The notes: a model not told the origin generated them from the letters alone. DNA of 64,000 nucleotides from a bacterium (GCA_965207065.1 OZ242260.1:1920001-1984000); one strand, 5' to 3'. Shown: positions 40,720-51,779, counted from the first letter of the stretch. Made by a program: numbers and translations.

Positions 40720-41511
40720 ATGGCTAACCGCAAGATCGAACAAAACAGAAAGCCGACTTCGCAACCGGAAGTGGTGGAGTTTATGAAACCCCGTTTCGCC
40801 GACTATGAACATAAATTACGATCCTTGCCGGCCGACCCCACTGAACGCAATGTCACTGGAGACGACTTCCTGCTGGCTCGTGAGGGCCCTTTGGAAGTGT
40901 TCTATGCCCCGTTGCACGGCGTCACTCCAGACGCGCAAATCGTCATCGTCGGCCTGACGCCCGGAAGGTCACAGATGCTTGCCGCTTTTCGGGAGGTCCG
41001 AAGACTGCTTCAAGATGGCTTGCGCCCTCCGCAACTGTTCTGCGAGGTCAGGCGCAGGATTGCCTTCGGAGGATCCATGCGCACCAATCTGATCCAGATG
41101 CTCGACCGGATAGGCGTTGCCGATCATCTGGGATTGGAAACCTGCGCCGATCTGTTCGGCAGCGCGTCGCGCTTGCTTCATTCTACGTCCGCGTTGCGTT
41201 ATCCCGTCTTTTTCAAGGGAAACAACTATCGGGGCGCACCGAAGATCGGGAACTCAAAGTTGCTGTCGAATATCGTCAGGAGCAATCTCCCGAGTACTCT
41301 GAAACGATGCCCGAACGCCCTGATAGTTCCCTTGGGCAGAGCCGTAGAAGAGGGGTTGCAAGTCGCCGGCGTCGTCGAGTCGTCGAAAATCCTCAAGGGG
41401 TTCCCGCACCCTTCGGGCGCCAACGGACATCGAATCAAACAGTTCAAATCCGAGTATGGAAGACTCCGGAGCGCCGTGAGCAAATGGACGCCATTGTCCA
41501 CGAGCTGTTGA
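40720..41511 (+). CDS. Uracil-DNA glycosylase-superfamily protein
   Basis: IVIVGLTPG (motif A-like) and FPHPSGAN (motif B-like). Confidence 0.7.
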   Translation: MANRKIEQNRKPTSQPEVVEFMKPRFADYEHKLRSLPADPTERNVTGDDFLLAREGPLEVFYAPLHGVTPDAQIVIVGLTPGRSQMLAAFREVRRLLQDGLRPPQLFCEVRRRIAFGGSMRTNLIQMLDRIGVADHLGLETCADLFGSASRLLHSTSALRYPVFFKGNNYRGAPKIGNSKLLSNIVRSNLPSTLKRCPNALIVPLGRAVEEGLQVAGVVESSKILKGFPHPSGANGHRIKQFKSEYGRLRSAVSKWTPLSTSC

Positions 41512-41522
41512 GGACGCGTGTC

Positions 41523-41985
41523 CTACAGCTCTTCCGACTCGAAATAGTCTTCGTCTATCCGCTTTAACTCGTAAATGATTCGCGTACGCACGCCGATCCC
41601 ATACCGGACCATGAGGCGCGCCAACTCCTCACCGTCGACCAGAGCAATCCGCTTAAGGCTCAGAGCCACGTAATTTTTCGCGGCTTGCGTGAATCCGTAG
41701 GTGGTGACGAACACCCCCTTGGTCGTGCCCGCCGCGTCGATTGCGCCGGCGAAGTTGCGTAAATCGCCTTTTCCCACGGTGTTGCTGTCAGCATATTTCT
41801 TCGCCTTCAAGTAGACTTCATCCAGCCCGAGCGTGTCCTCCCGGATCTTGCCGTCGATTCCACTATCGCCTGAACGTCCAGTCACACGGCCCATCGCAAT
41901 CAGCAAGTCAACGACTACACGTTCAAGAAACGCCGGTGCGGCTGTGGTTCTGGGCATCTGCGGATCAGGATCGACAAAGTCCTTG
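41523..41985 (-). pseudogene. mrr: Mrr type IV restriction endonuclease, truncated
   Basis: GRSGDSGIDGKIREDTLGLDEVYLKAKKY, KGVFVTT, LVDGEELARLM, KRIDEDYF; N-terminus missing. Confidence 0.85.
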
Positions 41986-41999
41986 AGCGAACCTGTCAG

Positions 42000-42078
42000 A
42001 TGAAGAACCGAGTGCGTCAATCGCGCACGCTCGGGTCTGTGGGGGGCGGGGCGCAGAAATGCTCCCGCCTACCCGGCC
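42000..42078 (+). ncRNA. Group II intron 3' end (domains V-VI), isolated fragment
   Basis: GAACCGAGTGCGTCAATCGCGCACGCTCGGGTCTGTGGGGGG DV hairpin with AC bulge, then DVI ending CCTACCCGGC. Confidence 0.8.
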
Positions 42079-42490
42079 CAATGGTTGTAACGGTTCGGCG
42101 GAGGGGTGATAACTTAGTCGATGCCGGAGACATTTGTAGGAATTTCGCGGTGTAGCCAGCTTCAGCTGGTGCTTTCCTGTTCCTCATCACCCCGCGACCG
42201 AACGAATACTACACCGGCGTTCGACAGTATCCCGCCAGGGTGCGCTGGGGTTATAATGAATCCGCTTTCGTTTTGATTACATTTATTATAATGAATTTGT
42301 AACTAGCTTATAAACAATAACTTAATTTTTATATTCTGGATATATCGATAAAATACGATAAATTCGCGGTGTTTTTCGGTAAATAAACGAAAAGAGAAAA
42401 GAGAGAGGGTGAATCTACATAACTCTAATTTTTACAATAAGTTGATAGAAATGATGTTCGCCGGGCACGGCTTTTTCCACGATATGGATC

Positions 42491-43495
42491 TCAGGCGGTT
42501 TTCTTGGGGTCGTTCACCGGATATTTGGGCTTCTTGCCGCTCAGGACGCGGGCGATGTCCTCCCCCGCCCACGTGGCGATGGCTTCGAGACATTCCTGCG
42601 TGGAACCCGCCATGTGCGGCGTGAGAATAAGGTTGGGCGCATCGAAGATGGCGCTTTCGGGATCCGGCGGTTCGCCTTCCAGCACGTCGAGGGCCGCACC
42701 TGCGATTTTGCCGTTTTTGAGCGCGCCCGCCAGAGCCGCCTCATCCACCAGCGGACCTCTCGCGGCATTTACGAGAAAAGCGGATTTTTTCATTCTCGAG
42801 ATCGCTCGCCTGTCGATCAGGTGATGGGTCTTGGGCGTGTGCGGCGCGTGAAGCGAGATGAAATCGGCCCGGCCCAGGAGAGTCTCGAATCGGGCGGGCC
42901 TGGCGCCGCGCGCTCTGATATTCTCGCTCTTGAGGCCCGGGTCATGGGCGAGAACCTTCATGCCCATCGCGAGCGCCATTTTCGTGAGCCGGCTCCCCAC
43001 CTGGCCTACCCCGATGAGCCCCAGCGTCTTGTCCTTGAGCTCCATTCCCGTGTGGCGCGCCTCGCCCCATACCCGCTCCGCTCCCACCCGGGAGGCCGCC
43101 TGGGGAATACGCCTGGCCAGGGAGAGGATCAGCCCCAGCGTCAGTTCGGCTACAGCGTTCGCGTTGGCTCCCGGTGTATTTGTAACGAGTACGCCGTGTT
43201 CCGTGCAGGCAGCCACGTCGACCTGGTCCACTCCTGCTCCATGCACGGCCACCACGCGCAGGTCCGGCAGCAGCGCGAGCAAAGAGGCGGTTATGTAGCC
43301 CGGACGCAGCAGAATCGCTTCCGCACCTCTCAGCTCCTTGGCGAAAGCGGCTTCTTCCGCATTGTCCAGGGGTCTGAAGGGCAGCGCCACGGCGCGGACG
43401 GGTGCGACGCCGGTCATGGCCTGTTTCACGGGCGCCATGGCGACCGGAAAATCGGATGTGGAGGTAATGGCGGCCCACCGTTTTTTTGATGGCAT
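42491..43495 (-). CDS. D-isomer-specific 2-hydroxyacid dehydrogenase (SerA-like)
   Basis: GLIGVGQVG, VNAARG, ALDVLEGEP, TPHMAG. Confidence 0.9.
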   Translation of the reverse strand: MPSKKRWAAITSTSDFPVAMAPVKQAMTGVAPVRAVALPFRPLDNAEEAAFAKELRGAEAILLRPGYITASLLALLPDLRVVAVHGAGVDQVDVAACTEHGVLVTNTPGANANAVAELTLGLILSLARRIPQAASRVGAERVWGEARHTGMELKDKTLGLIGVGQVGSRLTKMALAMGMKVLAHDPGLKSENIRARGARPARFETLLGRADFISLHAPHTPKTHHLIDRRAISRMKKSAFLVNAARGPLVDEAALAGALKNGKIAGAALDVLEGEPPDPESAIFDAPNLILTPHMAGSTQECLEAIATWAGEDIARVLSGKKPKYPVNDPKKTA

Positions 43496-43503
43496 GGGAA
43501 GAA

Positions 43504-45165
43504 CTACATGTCGACAGCGGTGAAATCACCGTCGTAGTTGTATTCGGCTCTGGCTTTTTGAACGGAAAGCAGGCCCTCTTGCAGGTCGCGTTCGATGGAA
43601 TAGAAGGAGCGGTCCTTCGGGTCGCCATAACCGCCCCCGCTCGGCACTTCGAGCACAAGCCTGTCACTCTGGTTCATCACCCATTGACGTTTGGGGTTGA
43701 TGGGGCGCCCGTTCAGGGTCACCTTGCCGACGCGCCCGTTCTTCCCGCCGAACAACCCATAGGCGGGGTGCCGGGTTCGCTCGCTCATGAAGGTGAGGAG
43801 AATCGGCCCGTCGGAGAGTGATTTCACGATGACCTGCTGGCCGTTTCCACCGGCGTATTTTCCTGCGCCGCCGCTGTCTCTGATAGAAGCTTTTCTCTCC
43901 ACCAGCAAGGGCACGAGATGTTCGAGGATTTCGATGGGCGTGTTCGAGGTGTTCGAGGGGAAATCGAGACATACGCGTCCATCGTGCCTGTCCGTCGCGC
44001 CCTGTCCGCCATGGAGGAAGAAGTTGCCGGCGAAGTGCCTGTTTTCCTTTGTGATGCCCGCCGCGTTGATGGCCCACGTGGGGCTGCCGCTGGCCGCCTG
44101 GACGAGATTGGGCACTGCTTTGCAGAGCGCACCGAAAACGGCCGAAGGAATGAAGTGTCCCACCATGGAGCGGCCGTTCACGGGGGCCGGATAACGCGGA
44201 TTCAGGATGCTGCCCTCGGGCGCCGATACCGTCACGGGCCGGAAGTTGCCCTCGTTGTTGGGGATTTGAGGACAGAACAGGCATTTGAGCGAATAGGCGG
44301 AATAGGAATAGACATAACTCAAGACGGCGTTCAGGCCGCGGTCGACCTGCGGGGATGAGCCCGTATAGTCCACCAGAATGCTGCTGCCGCGAACCTTGAC
44401 CTCAACGCGGATGACGAGCGGCTCATCGTACCCGTCTGTGGATACCTGAAATCGGTATTCCCCATCTTCCACTTTCTTGATGGCCTCGCGCATCGCGTTT
44501 TCGGAGCGCTGGAAGATCGTGGTGGCCGGCGCATCGAGGTCGGCGAGTTTGTATTCTTCGAGCATCTCGCCGATGCGCTGGGCGGCGAGCCTGCCGGCGG
44601 ACATATGGGAGATCATATCTCCCTCCACCTGGTTCGGCACACGCACGTTTGTTCTGATGATTCTCAGGATATCCTCGTTGATTTTGCCCGCCGACATGTA
44701 CTTGCAGGGTGGAAGCTGGAGGCCTTCTTCGTAGATCTCGCGCACCTCGGGGGATCGCAGTTTTCCCCCCATGTCCGTTACCTGGGTGGTGATGCCGATA
44801 AGAGCGACCAGCTTCGATTTGTGGAACACCGGTGTGAGGGAAGTGAGATCCTGAAGATGGCCCGTTCCCATCCACGGGTCGTTCGTGAGTATGAGATCGC
44901 CGGGTTCAAGCGTTTCCTGCGGGTAAATCTTGAGAAGTTTTTTGGCCGTAATCGGCAACGCGCCCACGAAGCTGGGCATGGTGGACCTGGCCTGGGCGAT
45001 GGATTGACCGTTGGGATTCAGAATGATGACGGCGAAATTTCTCGCCTCGCGTATCGTGGTCGAAAAAGCGGTGCGGACGATCTCGGTGGCCGTTTCCTCG
45101 GCGATGGCGATGAAGCGGTTCCAGAGGACTTCCAAGGTAATTGAATCGATACCCTTGCGGGCCAT
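43504..45165 (-). CDS. Hydantoinase B/oxoprolinase family protein
   Basis: NDPWMGTGHLQD, EEGLQLPP, SGGAGKYAGG, GGGYGDP. Confidence 0.92.
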   Translation of the reverse strand: MARKGIDSITLEVLWNRFIAIAEETATEIVRTAFSTTIREARNFAVIILNPNGQSIAQARSTMPSFVGALPITAKKLLKIYPQETLEPGDLILTNDPWMGTGHLQDLTSLTPVFHKSKLVALIGITTQVTDMGGKLRSPEVREIYEEGLQLPPCKYMSAGKINEDILRIIRTNVRVPNQVEGDMISHMSAGRLAAQRIGEMLEEYKLADLDAPATTIFQRSENAMREAIKKVEDGEYRFQVSTDGYDEPLVIRVEVKVRGSSILVDYTGSSPQVDRGLNAVLSYVYSYSAYSLKCLFCPQIPNNEGNFRPVTVSAPEGSILNPRYPAPVNGRSMVGHFIPSAVFGALCKAVPNLVQAASGSPTWAINAAGITKENRHFAGNFFLHGGQGATDRHDGRVCLDFPSNTSNTPIEILEHLVPLLVERKASIRDSGGAGKYAGGNGQQVIVKSLSDGPILLTFMSERTRHPAYGLFGGKNGRVGKVTLNGRPINPKRQWVMNQSDRLVLEVPSGGGYGDPKDRSFYSIERDLQEGLLSVQKARAEYNYDGDFTAVDM

Positions 45166-45178
45166 GTCTGCATCTCTC

Positions 45179-47278
45179 CTAGAGTTCGATGATCAGATTC
45201 TGGAATTTATCGACCTGGAAGTTCGAGCGAGGCCCGATGACAGTCGTCGTCATTTTCTCTTCCACCAACGCCGGCCCCTTGAACTTCTGTCCCGGCTTCA
45301 AAAGATAGCGATCGAAGATATTCACTTTTCGGAAACCCTTGTTCTCCGGCATGTAGATGCGACGGTTGCCCTTCAAGGCGGTTTTTACGTCTTTTTCGGG
45401 TAGGTTCGAGAAATCAAATCTCACGTTGGGTTCCGGCCCGATTCCGAAGATTCGCCAACTGAACACCTGAAGCGGCACTTCGTCTATGGCGCGTCCGTGG
45501 GCAGAGGCGTAATGCTCGCGATAGGTTTCGCTGATTTCTCCGAAATGGTTCGGCGTCAGTTTTCCGCTCGGGATGGGGATGGTGAGCGGGAAGCCCTGGC
45601 CCTCGAAGCTGATGTCCGCCATGCGCTGAATCCGGATTTCACGTTCCCTCACCCCGGCGGCGGTGAGGACTTCGCGAAGCCGTTTTTCGCGCCGGTTGAG
45701 CGTGTCGTTGAGCTTGGTGAGGTTCACGTCTTCGAGCGGCATCACCTGGCTGTCCACGGTGTCCACCTTGAATGGAACGGTATGGAGCCCCAGGCTGGAA
45801 GCCAAACCAGCGCCCGGTGGGCAGACGATACGCTTGAGCCCCACCTTGCGCGCAAGCCGGAACGCATGAACGGGACCTGCGCCGCCGGTGGCCATGAGGG
45901 TAAAGTTGCGGGGGTCTTTTCCGCGTTCGGAGAGCTTGATGCGCGCGGCGGCGGCCATGGTTTCATTTACCAGTTCATGGATTCCCCAGGCCGCCTGGAT
46001 CTCTTCGATCTTCATCGGCTCGGCGATTTTGGAGCGTATGGCTTCGGATGCCGCCTCGGAGAAAACGGGCATTTCGCCACCCAGGAAATAATCGGGATTG
46101 ATGTAGCCGAGAAGCAGGTTGGCGTCGGTCACCGTGGGCTCTTCTCCACCCAGTCCGTAGCAGGCGGGCCCGGGGGACGCCCCCTGGCTCTCGGGGCCGA
46201 CCTTGAGCAGGCCCAGGTCGTCGATTCGCGCGATGCTGCCTCCACCCGCGCCGACTTCGATCAGATCGATGCACGGCACCTGGATGGGCATTCCACTGCC
46301 CCTGGTAAAGCGTTTGACGCGCGCGATCTCGAATTGAACGGACAGATGGGGTTCGCCGTTTTCGATGATGCAGGATTTGGCGGTGGTCCCGCCCATGTCG
46401 AAAGCGATGAGGTTTTCGAATCCGCCGAGTTTCCCGAAATAGGCCGAAGAAAGCGCTCCTGCAGCGGGTCCTGACTCGAACATGCGTATGGGACTGCGTC
46501 CGGCGGATTGCGCCGTGGCGATGCCGCCGTTCGACAGCATGATATAGAGCGAGACGTTTTCGAGGTTGACCTCCAGGTCTTCGAGATATTTCGAAACAAT
46601 CGGTTGGATGTAGGCGTTGGCCACAGTGGTGGAAGTCCTCTCGTATTCTCTGATTTCCGGGCAAACCTGAGAGGAGAGGCTGAAGCTTACATCAGGGAAC
46701 GATTGCGCTATCGCTTCGCCGACTTCGGTCTCATGGGCTGGATTGGCGTATGAGTGCAAGAGGCAAACCGCTATGGATTCCGCACCTTTTTCCACGAGTT
46801 CCTGAATCGTTACCCTCACCTCCTGGGTGCTCAGAGGCTGGAGTATCTCCCCGGCCGCGGAAATCCGCTCGGTCAATTCGCGGCGAAAAGTTCCGGATAC
46901 CAGAGGTTCAGGAAATTCAGGCACGATGTCGTAGATGTCATATCTGGATTCACGGCCCATCAAGAGGATGTCGGCGAATCCCTTCGTGGCGAGAAGACCC
47001 GTGGCCGCGCCTTTCTTCTCGATGATCGCGTTGGTGGCGAGGGTGGTTGCATGAATCGCCTGGCCGAGATCGCGGAACCGCAGGCTTTCTTCATCGAGCA
47101 ACGTGCGCAAACCCGCGAGCGCGCCTATGGATGGGTCGTTCGGCGTTGTGAGATACTTGCCCACCGCGGTTTTTCCGTTCGATGGATTGTAAATCGCAAT
47201 GTCGGTGAACGTGCCGCCGATATCAATCGCAGCAACGATTCGTCTTCTGGATGTGTAAGATGAAGCGGATTTGGCCAT
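45179..47278 (-). CDS. Hydantoinase A/oxoprolinase family protein
   Basis: IDIGGTFTD, ESGPAAG, DMGGTT, GAGGGSIA, PGPACYG. Confidence 0.93.
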   Translation of the reverse strand: MAKSASSYTSRRRIVAAIDIGGTFTDIAIYNPSNGKTAVGKYLTTPNDPSIGALAGLRTLLDEESLRFRDLGQAIHATTLATNAIIEKKGAATGLLATKGFADILLMGRESRYDIYDIVPEFPEPLVSGTFRRELTERISAAGEILQPLSTQEVRVTIQELVEKGAESIAVCLLHSYANPAHETEVGEAIAQSFPDVSFSLSSQVCPEIREYERTSTTVANAYIQPIVSKYLEDLEVNLENVSLYIMLSNGGIATAQSAGRSPIRMFESGPAAGALSSAYFGKLGGFENLIAFDMGGTTAKSCIIENGEPHLSVQFEIARVKRFTRGSGMPIQVPCIDLIEVGAGGGSIARIDDLGLLKVGPESQGASPGPACYGLGGEEPTVTDANLLLGYINPDYFLGGEMPVFSEAASEAIRSKIAEPMKIEEIQAAWGIHELVNETMAAAARIKLSERGKDPRNFTLMATGGAGPVHAFRLARKVGLKRIVCPPGAGLASSLGLHTVPFKVDTVDSQVMPLEDVNLTKLNDTLNRREKRLREVLTAAGVREREIRIQRMADISFEGQGFPLTIPIPSGKLTPNHFGEISETYREHYASAHGRAIDEVPLQVFSWRIFGIGPEPNVRFDFSNLPEKDVKTALKGNRRIYMPENKGFRKVNIFDRYLLKPGQKFKGPALVEEKMTTTVIGPRSNFQVDKFQNLIIEL

Positions 47279-47713
47279 TTCTAAGTTGTGGGAAAGCCTC
47301 TTGTGTGAGGATCAATAGATTTCGGCATTGTAAAATTAAGGTTAATTCTGTACACCTCAAATTCTATAAGCCAGACATAAGTATATGAAATCAGGCGCTT
47401 TGTCAATTCCTGGGAGGAGCAATGCTGCTAAAGATGTTGAAATTCAAAAGGTTACATAGATTTGCCGGACAACGGGTAAAAATGAAAATTATGAAACATT
47501 TTGATGGAATCATATTAACCTATTGATATCTTTATGGTTATTGAATGATAAACTCTCGTTTCGTCTCGTTTGGCCTAATTTTGAGAGGTGAAATACGTTG
47601 CATCACTGGGCAAACAATCATTATTTGCTTATAAAAGCCTGTCTTTCATACGATCAGATACGTGTCATAGGATCAGATACGTGAATTTGGTAAGGAGAGT
47701 GAGGTCTGAAGTG

Positions 47714-48727
47714 ATGGCGGGAAATGAAAGTGGATCACCCGTCCGATACGCCCTGGTGGATTGTGACCCTGGCGTGGATGACACGCTGGCCCTGGCGATG
47801 GGTTTCGCATCACCTTTTTTCCGATACGATGCCGTGACGACCGTACACGGCAATGTTTCCGCGCGTCTGGCTTACCGAAATGCGAGAAGGCTCACCGCAT
47901 TCTTACGTGATCATCTCGAATCCCCCATTTTGGATGTTCCCGTTTATCCGGGGGCCTCACTGGCCCTGGACGGAAGCCGCATGAACCGGAGCGAATCCCG
48001 CGCGATTCACGGTCCCGAAGGCATGGGAGCGATGTTCGATAAGAAAAGGCGTTTGCCCCGCCCGGGCAGGGGAAGTTCCAAACCGGCCTGGGAGGTAATG
48101 GTCGAGGAGGCCGCCAGACGGGGTTCGGCGTTGACCATTATCACGCTGGGCCCGCTCACGAATCTGGCTCTCGCGCTTCGGCGCGCGCCCGGGGTCTTCA
48201 CCCGCGTGAAGCGGATTGTGGTCATGGGAGGAGCCGCCCGGATGCCCGGGAACGTAACGCCTGCGGCCGAGTTCAACATCTATTGCGACCCCCTGGCGGC
48301 GAAGGAGGTGTTTTCATCAGGCCTGCCCGTCACCATGGTGGGTCTGGACGTGACGAGGCGGGCGCTCCTGCGCGTCGATGAATTCGAGGGCGGGGGACCG
48401 TTTCGCGCGGCGATACGGGACCTCATCAAAGTCTATGCGCGGTTCGCTAAAAAACGGAGGGGGGCCGAGGACATCACCTTGCACGATCCACTGGCTCTCG
48501 CCGTCGCGATGAGGCCTGATTTGGTGGAGACCACGCCCTGCCGCGTGGACGTGGATGCGAGCCGGGGCATCGCGCGCGGAATGACGGTGGTGGAGCTCAG
48601 GGAAAACAGGGGCTCGCGGGTAAAGAATCCCGTCGACGTGGCGCTGGACCTGGACGTGAAGTGTTTTCTGGCGTTTTTCATCTCGCATCTGCGCAAATAT
48701 CGCGGATGGGACGAAGATGAAAAATAA
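47714..48727 (+). CDS. Nucleoside hydrolase (IU-NH family)
   Basis: DCDPGVDD, LGPLTNLA, AEFNIYCDP, LHDP. Confidence 0.92.
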   Translation: MAGNESGSPVRYALVDCDPGVDDTLALAMGFASPFFRYDAVTTVHGNVSARLAYRNARRLTAFLRDHLESPILDVPVYPGASLALDGSRMNRSESRAIHGPEGMGAMFDKKRRLPRPGRGSSKPAWEVMVEEAARRGSALTIITLGPLTNLALALRRAPGVFTRVKRIVVMGGAARMPGNVTPAAEFNIYCDPLAAKEVFSSGLPVTMVGLDVTRRALLRVDEFEGGGPFRAAIRDLIKVYARFAKKRRGAEDITLHDPLALAVAMRPDLVETTPCRVDVDASRGIARGMTVVELRENRGSRVKNPVDVALDLDVKCFLAFFISHLRKYRGWDEDEK

Positions 48728-49691
48728 AAAACCCGCCGTCTTGGTGTTGGGAAGTTCGAATATCGACATCGTCGTTCGCGTGGATAAGCTCCCTCGTGCG
48801 GGTGAAACCGTCCTGGGAGGGGAGCGTCGTGAGTATCGGGGCGGAAAAGGGGCGAATCAGGCCCTGGCGGCAGCCCGCGCCGGTGCGGGGGTCCGCTTCG
48901 TCACTATGCTGGGAAAAGATGCGGGCGGCGATGCCTATGCCCGTCACCTGGTGGAGAGCGGGATATCGCCCGACGGGATATTGCGCTGCAATGCAAGCTC
49001 GGGGACGGCGCTGATCGTGGTGGACGATAAAGGCGAGAACCAAATCGCCGTGGCTCCGGGCGCGAACGCGCTCCTCACGCCCGGGCGAATGAGAAGTAAG
49101 CGCGGGCTTCTGGATTTCGGCGACGTCGTTCTGGCGCAACTCGAAATTCCAGTTCCATCGGTCATGGCCGCGTTCCGAAAGGGAAGAAAGCGCGGCGCCT
49201 GCACCGTCCTGAACCCGGCTCCTGCGGCGGGGGAATTACCTGATGAGTTGCTCCGCCTGACCGACGTGCTGGCGCCGAACGAAACCGAAGCGGCGCATAT
49301 CGCCGGACTCGGGAAAACGCCCGAAACCGATGAGGAGTTCCTGCGCGCCGCTCGCGCCTTGCGATCGCTGGGGCCTTCGCAGGTCGTAATAACCGCTGGC
49401 GCAAAAGGGGCTTTTTGCATGAAAGAGAAACAAGCCTCCTGGATGAGGCCTCCTCCCGGAGTCGAGGCGGTGGATACCACGGGCGCGGGCGATGCGTTTT
49501 GCGGAGCGCTGGCGGTGAAACTGGCCGAGAGTGCGGCGTTTAGAGAAGCGGTGCGCTTCGCCGTAAGCGCAGGATCGAGTTCGGTGAGAAAACGCGGCGC
49601 GCAAGGGGGTCTGCCTTCGCGCAGGCAAATTGTGAAAAATCAACGCCAAGTGCGTCAAAACAGATTCGCGTTGGTTGACTTCAATCCCTAA
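48717..49691 (+). CDS. rbsK: Ribokinase
   Basis: GGKGANQA, LNPAPA, PNETEA, DTTGAGDAF. Confidence 0.9.
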   Translation: MKNKKPAVLVLGSSNIDIVVRVDKLPRAGETVLGGERREYRGGKGANQALAAARAGAGVRFVTMLGKDAGGDAYARHLVESGISPDGILRCNASSGTALIVVDDKGENQIAVAPGANALLTPGRMRSKRGLLDFGDVVLAQLEIPVPSVMAAFRKGRKRGACTVLNPAPAAGELPDELLRLTDVLAPNETEAAHIAGLGKTPETDEEFLRAARALRSLGPSQVVITAGAKGAFCMKEKQASWMRPPPGVEAVDTTGAGDAFCGALAVKLAESAAFREAVRFAVSAGSSSVRKRGAQGGLPSRRQIVKNQRQVRQNRFALVDFNP

Positions 49692-49785
49692 CCCGCATAG
49701 GGTGGGAGCGTATAGGTCTTAAGTGTCCGTAATTTCCCATGTCGCCTCTTAAAGTCAAGAAGCGTCGCTGATAGGAGAAACACTC

Positions 49786-50832
49786 ATGCCAATGGACTGG
49801 GATGAGTTCAAATCGAGAAGACAAGGTGGTGGTAGTGGAGGTGGCGATGGAGGCGGCGGCATGCCGCAGATCAAGATGCCCCAGTTTCGTTTGCCGAATT
49901 TCAAGTTGCCCTCCGCTGCCATATTCGTGGTGGTGGCGCTGATATGGCTGGCCTCGGGTATTTTCAGCGTGGGGCCGGACGAGCAGGGCATCGTTCTTCG
50001 GTTCGGCCGCATCGACCGGGTGGTGTCCTCGGGATTGAACTATCATATGCCCTTCCCGATGGAGACCGCCTACACGCCGAAGGTGACGGAAGTGAAGCGC
50101 GTGGAAATTGGTTTCCGCACGATCGATCCCGGGCCTCCCGCCAGATATTCGGACAAGCCCCATGAATCGAGAATGCTGACCGGGGATGAAAACATGGTGG
50201 ACGTCGACATGATCGTCCAGTACCGCATCGTGGAGGCCGACAAGTATCTCTTCAAAGTGCGCAGACCCAGAGAGACGGTGGTGCACGCCGCCGAGGCCGC
50301 CATCCGGCAGGTGGTGGGCAGTAAGCCCATCGACGAGGCGCTCACCACCGGAAAGGGTGCGATCCAGCAAGAGACAATGGTGGAGATTCAGAAGATTCTG
50401 GATCTCTACGAAACCGGCTTGCGCGTGGCGGCGGTGCAGCTCCAGGACGTGACGCCTCCCAAGGAAGTCATCCACGCCTTCAAGGACGTGGCCAGCGCCC
50501 GTGAGGACAGGAACCGCCTCGTGAACGAGGCCCAGGGCTATCAAAACCAGGTGATACCGGAGACGCGCGGTAAGGTGGCCGCCGTTCTCAGAAAAGCGGA
50601 AGCCTACCGCGAGACCAAGATTCGCCATGCGCGAGGCGATGCGAACCGCTTCCTCGCCACGCTTAAGGAATACAAAAAAGCGCCGGCCATTACGCGCGAG
50701 CGCCTGTATCTCGAAATGATGCAGGAGGTGATGCCGACGGTGGACAAGGTGATCCTGGATCAGGGCAAATCCGGCGTGCTGCCGATACTCCCGCTGCGGG
50801 GTGGTGGAATAGAAGGGGTGACGAAACGATGA
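49786..50832 (+). CDS. hflK: FtsH protease modulator HflK
   Basis: MLTGDEN, AFKDVASARED, RERLYLE; paired with hflC. Confidence 0.93.
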   Translation: MPMDWDEFKSRRQGGGSGGGDGGGGMPQIKMPQFRLPNFKLPSAAIFVVVALIWLASGIFSVGPDEQGIVLRFGRIDRVVSSGLNYHMPFPMETAYTPKVTEVKRVEIGFRTIDPGPPARYSDKPHESRMLTGDENMVDVDMIVQYRIVEADKYLFKVRRPRETVVHAAEAAIRQVVGSKPIDEALTTGKGAIQQETMVEIQKILDLYETGLRVAAVQLQDVTPPKEVIHAFKDVASAREDRNRLVNEAQGYQNQVIPETRGKVAAVLRKAEAYRETKIRHARGDANRFLATLKEYKKAPAITRERLYLEMMQEVMPTVDKVILDQGKSGVLPILPLRGGGIEGVTKR

Positions 50833-51761
50833 GCGCAGAGGGAGGGGGCGTGAAATTGCCGAAAAAGACAATCGCGTTGTTTGTGCTGATCCTGATCATC
50901 GTCTTTGGGGTCAACTCGCTGTTATTCACGGTTCGCGAAGACAGGCAGGTGGTCGTCACCCGGTTCGGTAAGCCCGTGCGTGTTTTGCGCGAAGCCGGCC
51001 TCAACTACCGGCTGCCGTTCGTGGAGCAGCTCACGTTTTTCGACCGTCGCCTGCTGGAGTACGATTCCAACCCGACGGAAATCATCACGCAGGACAAGAA
51101 ATCCCTCGTGGTGGATAATTTCTCGCGATGGCGCATCGTCGACCCGCTCCAGTTTTTGCGCACGGTCCGCAACGAAACGGGGGCGCAAGCCCGGCTCGAC
51201 GACATTATCTACAGTGAATTGCGCCAGGAACTCGGCCGCAAGGATTTGATCGACATCGTGGCCAAGGATCGCGCGCAGCTGATGGCCAAGGTCACGAAAG
51301 CAAGCGACAAGAAAGCGCGCGAATACGGCATCGAGATAGTGGACGTTCGCTTGAAGCGCGCAGACTTGCCGACGGAAAACTTGAAAGCGATTTACGGGCG
51401 CATGCAGGCCGAGCGCCAAAGAATCGCCCGCCAATACCGCTCGGAAGGAAAAGAGCAGGCCCAGAAGATTCGGGCGGAAACCAACCGTGAGCGCGACGTG
51501 CTCCTGGCGGAAGCCTATGAGAAAGAGCAAATCACCAAGGGCGAGGGCGACGCCAAGAGCATCGACATCAACGCGCAGGCGTTCGGTCAGGATGAGGAAT
51601 TCTACGCGTTCTTGAAGAGCCTGGAGGTGTATGAGGGCTCCCTGAAGGACAAGACGACCCTCGTGCTGCCCGCGAGCAGTGACTTCCTCCGGTTTCTGCA
51701 AGGATCGAAGAACAGAAACGCGAATAAATCCGAGGCGAAGCCCGAGAAAAAATCCGAATAA
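50829..51761 (+). CDS. hflC: FtsH protease modulator HflC
   Basis: TQDKKSLVVDNFSRWRI, RMQAER, FYAFLKSLE. Confidence 0.93.
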   Translation: MSAEGGGVKLPKKTIALFVLILIIVFGVNSLLFTVREDRQVVVTRFGKPVRVLREAGLNYRLPFVEQLTFFDRRLLEYDSNPTEIITQDKKSLVVDNFSRWRIVDPLQFLRTVRNETGAQARLDDIIYSELRQELGRKDLIDIVAKDRAQLMAKVTKASDKKAREYGIEIVDVRLKRADLPTENLKAIYGRMQAERQRIARQYRSEGKEQAQKIRAETNRERDVLLAEAYEKEQITKGEGDAKSIDINAQAFGQDEEFYAFLKSLEVYEGSLKDKTTLVLPASSDFLRFLQGSKNRNANKSEAKPEKKSE

Positions 51762-51779
51762 ATCCGGTTTCGGAATAGG

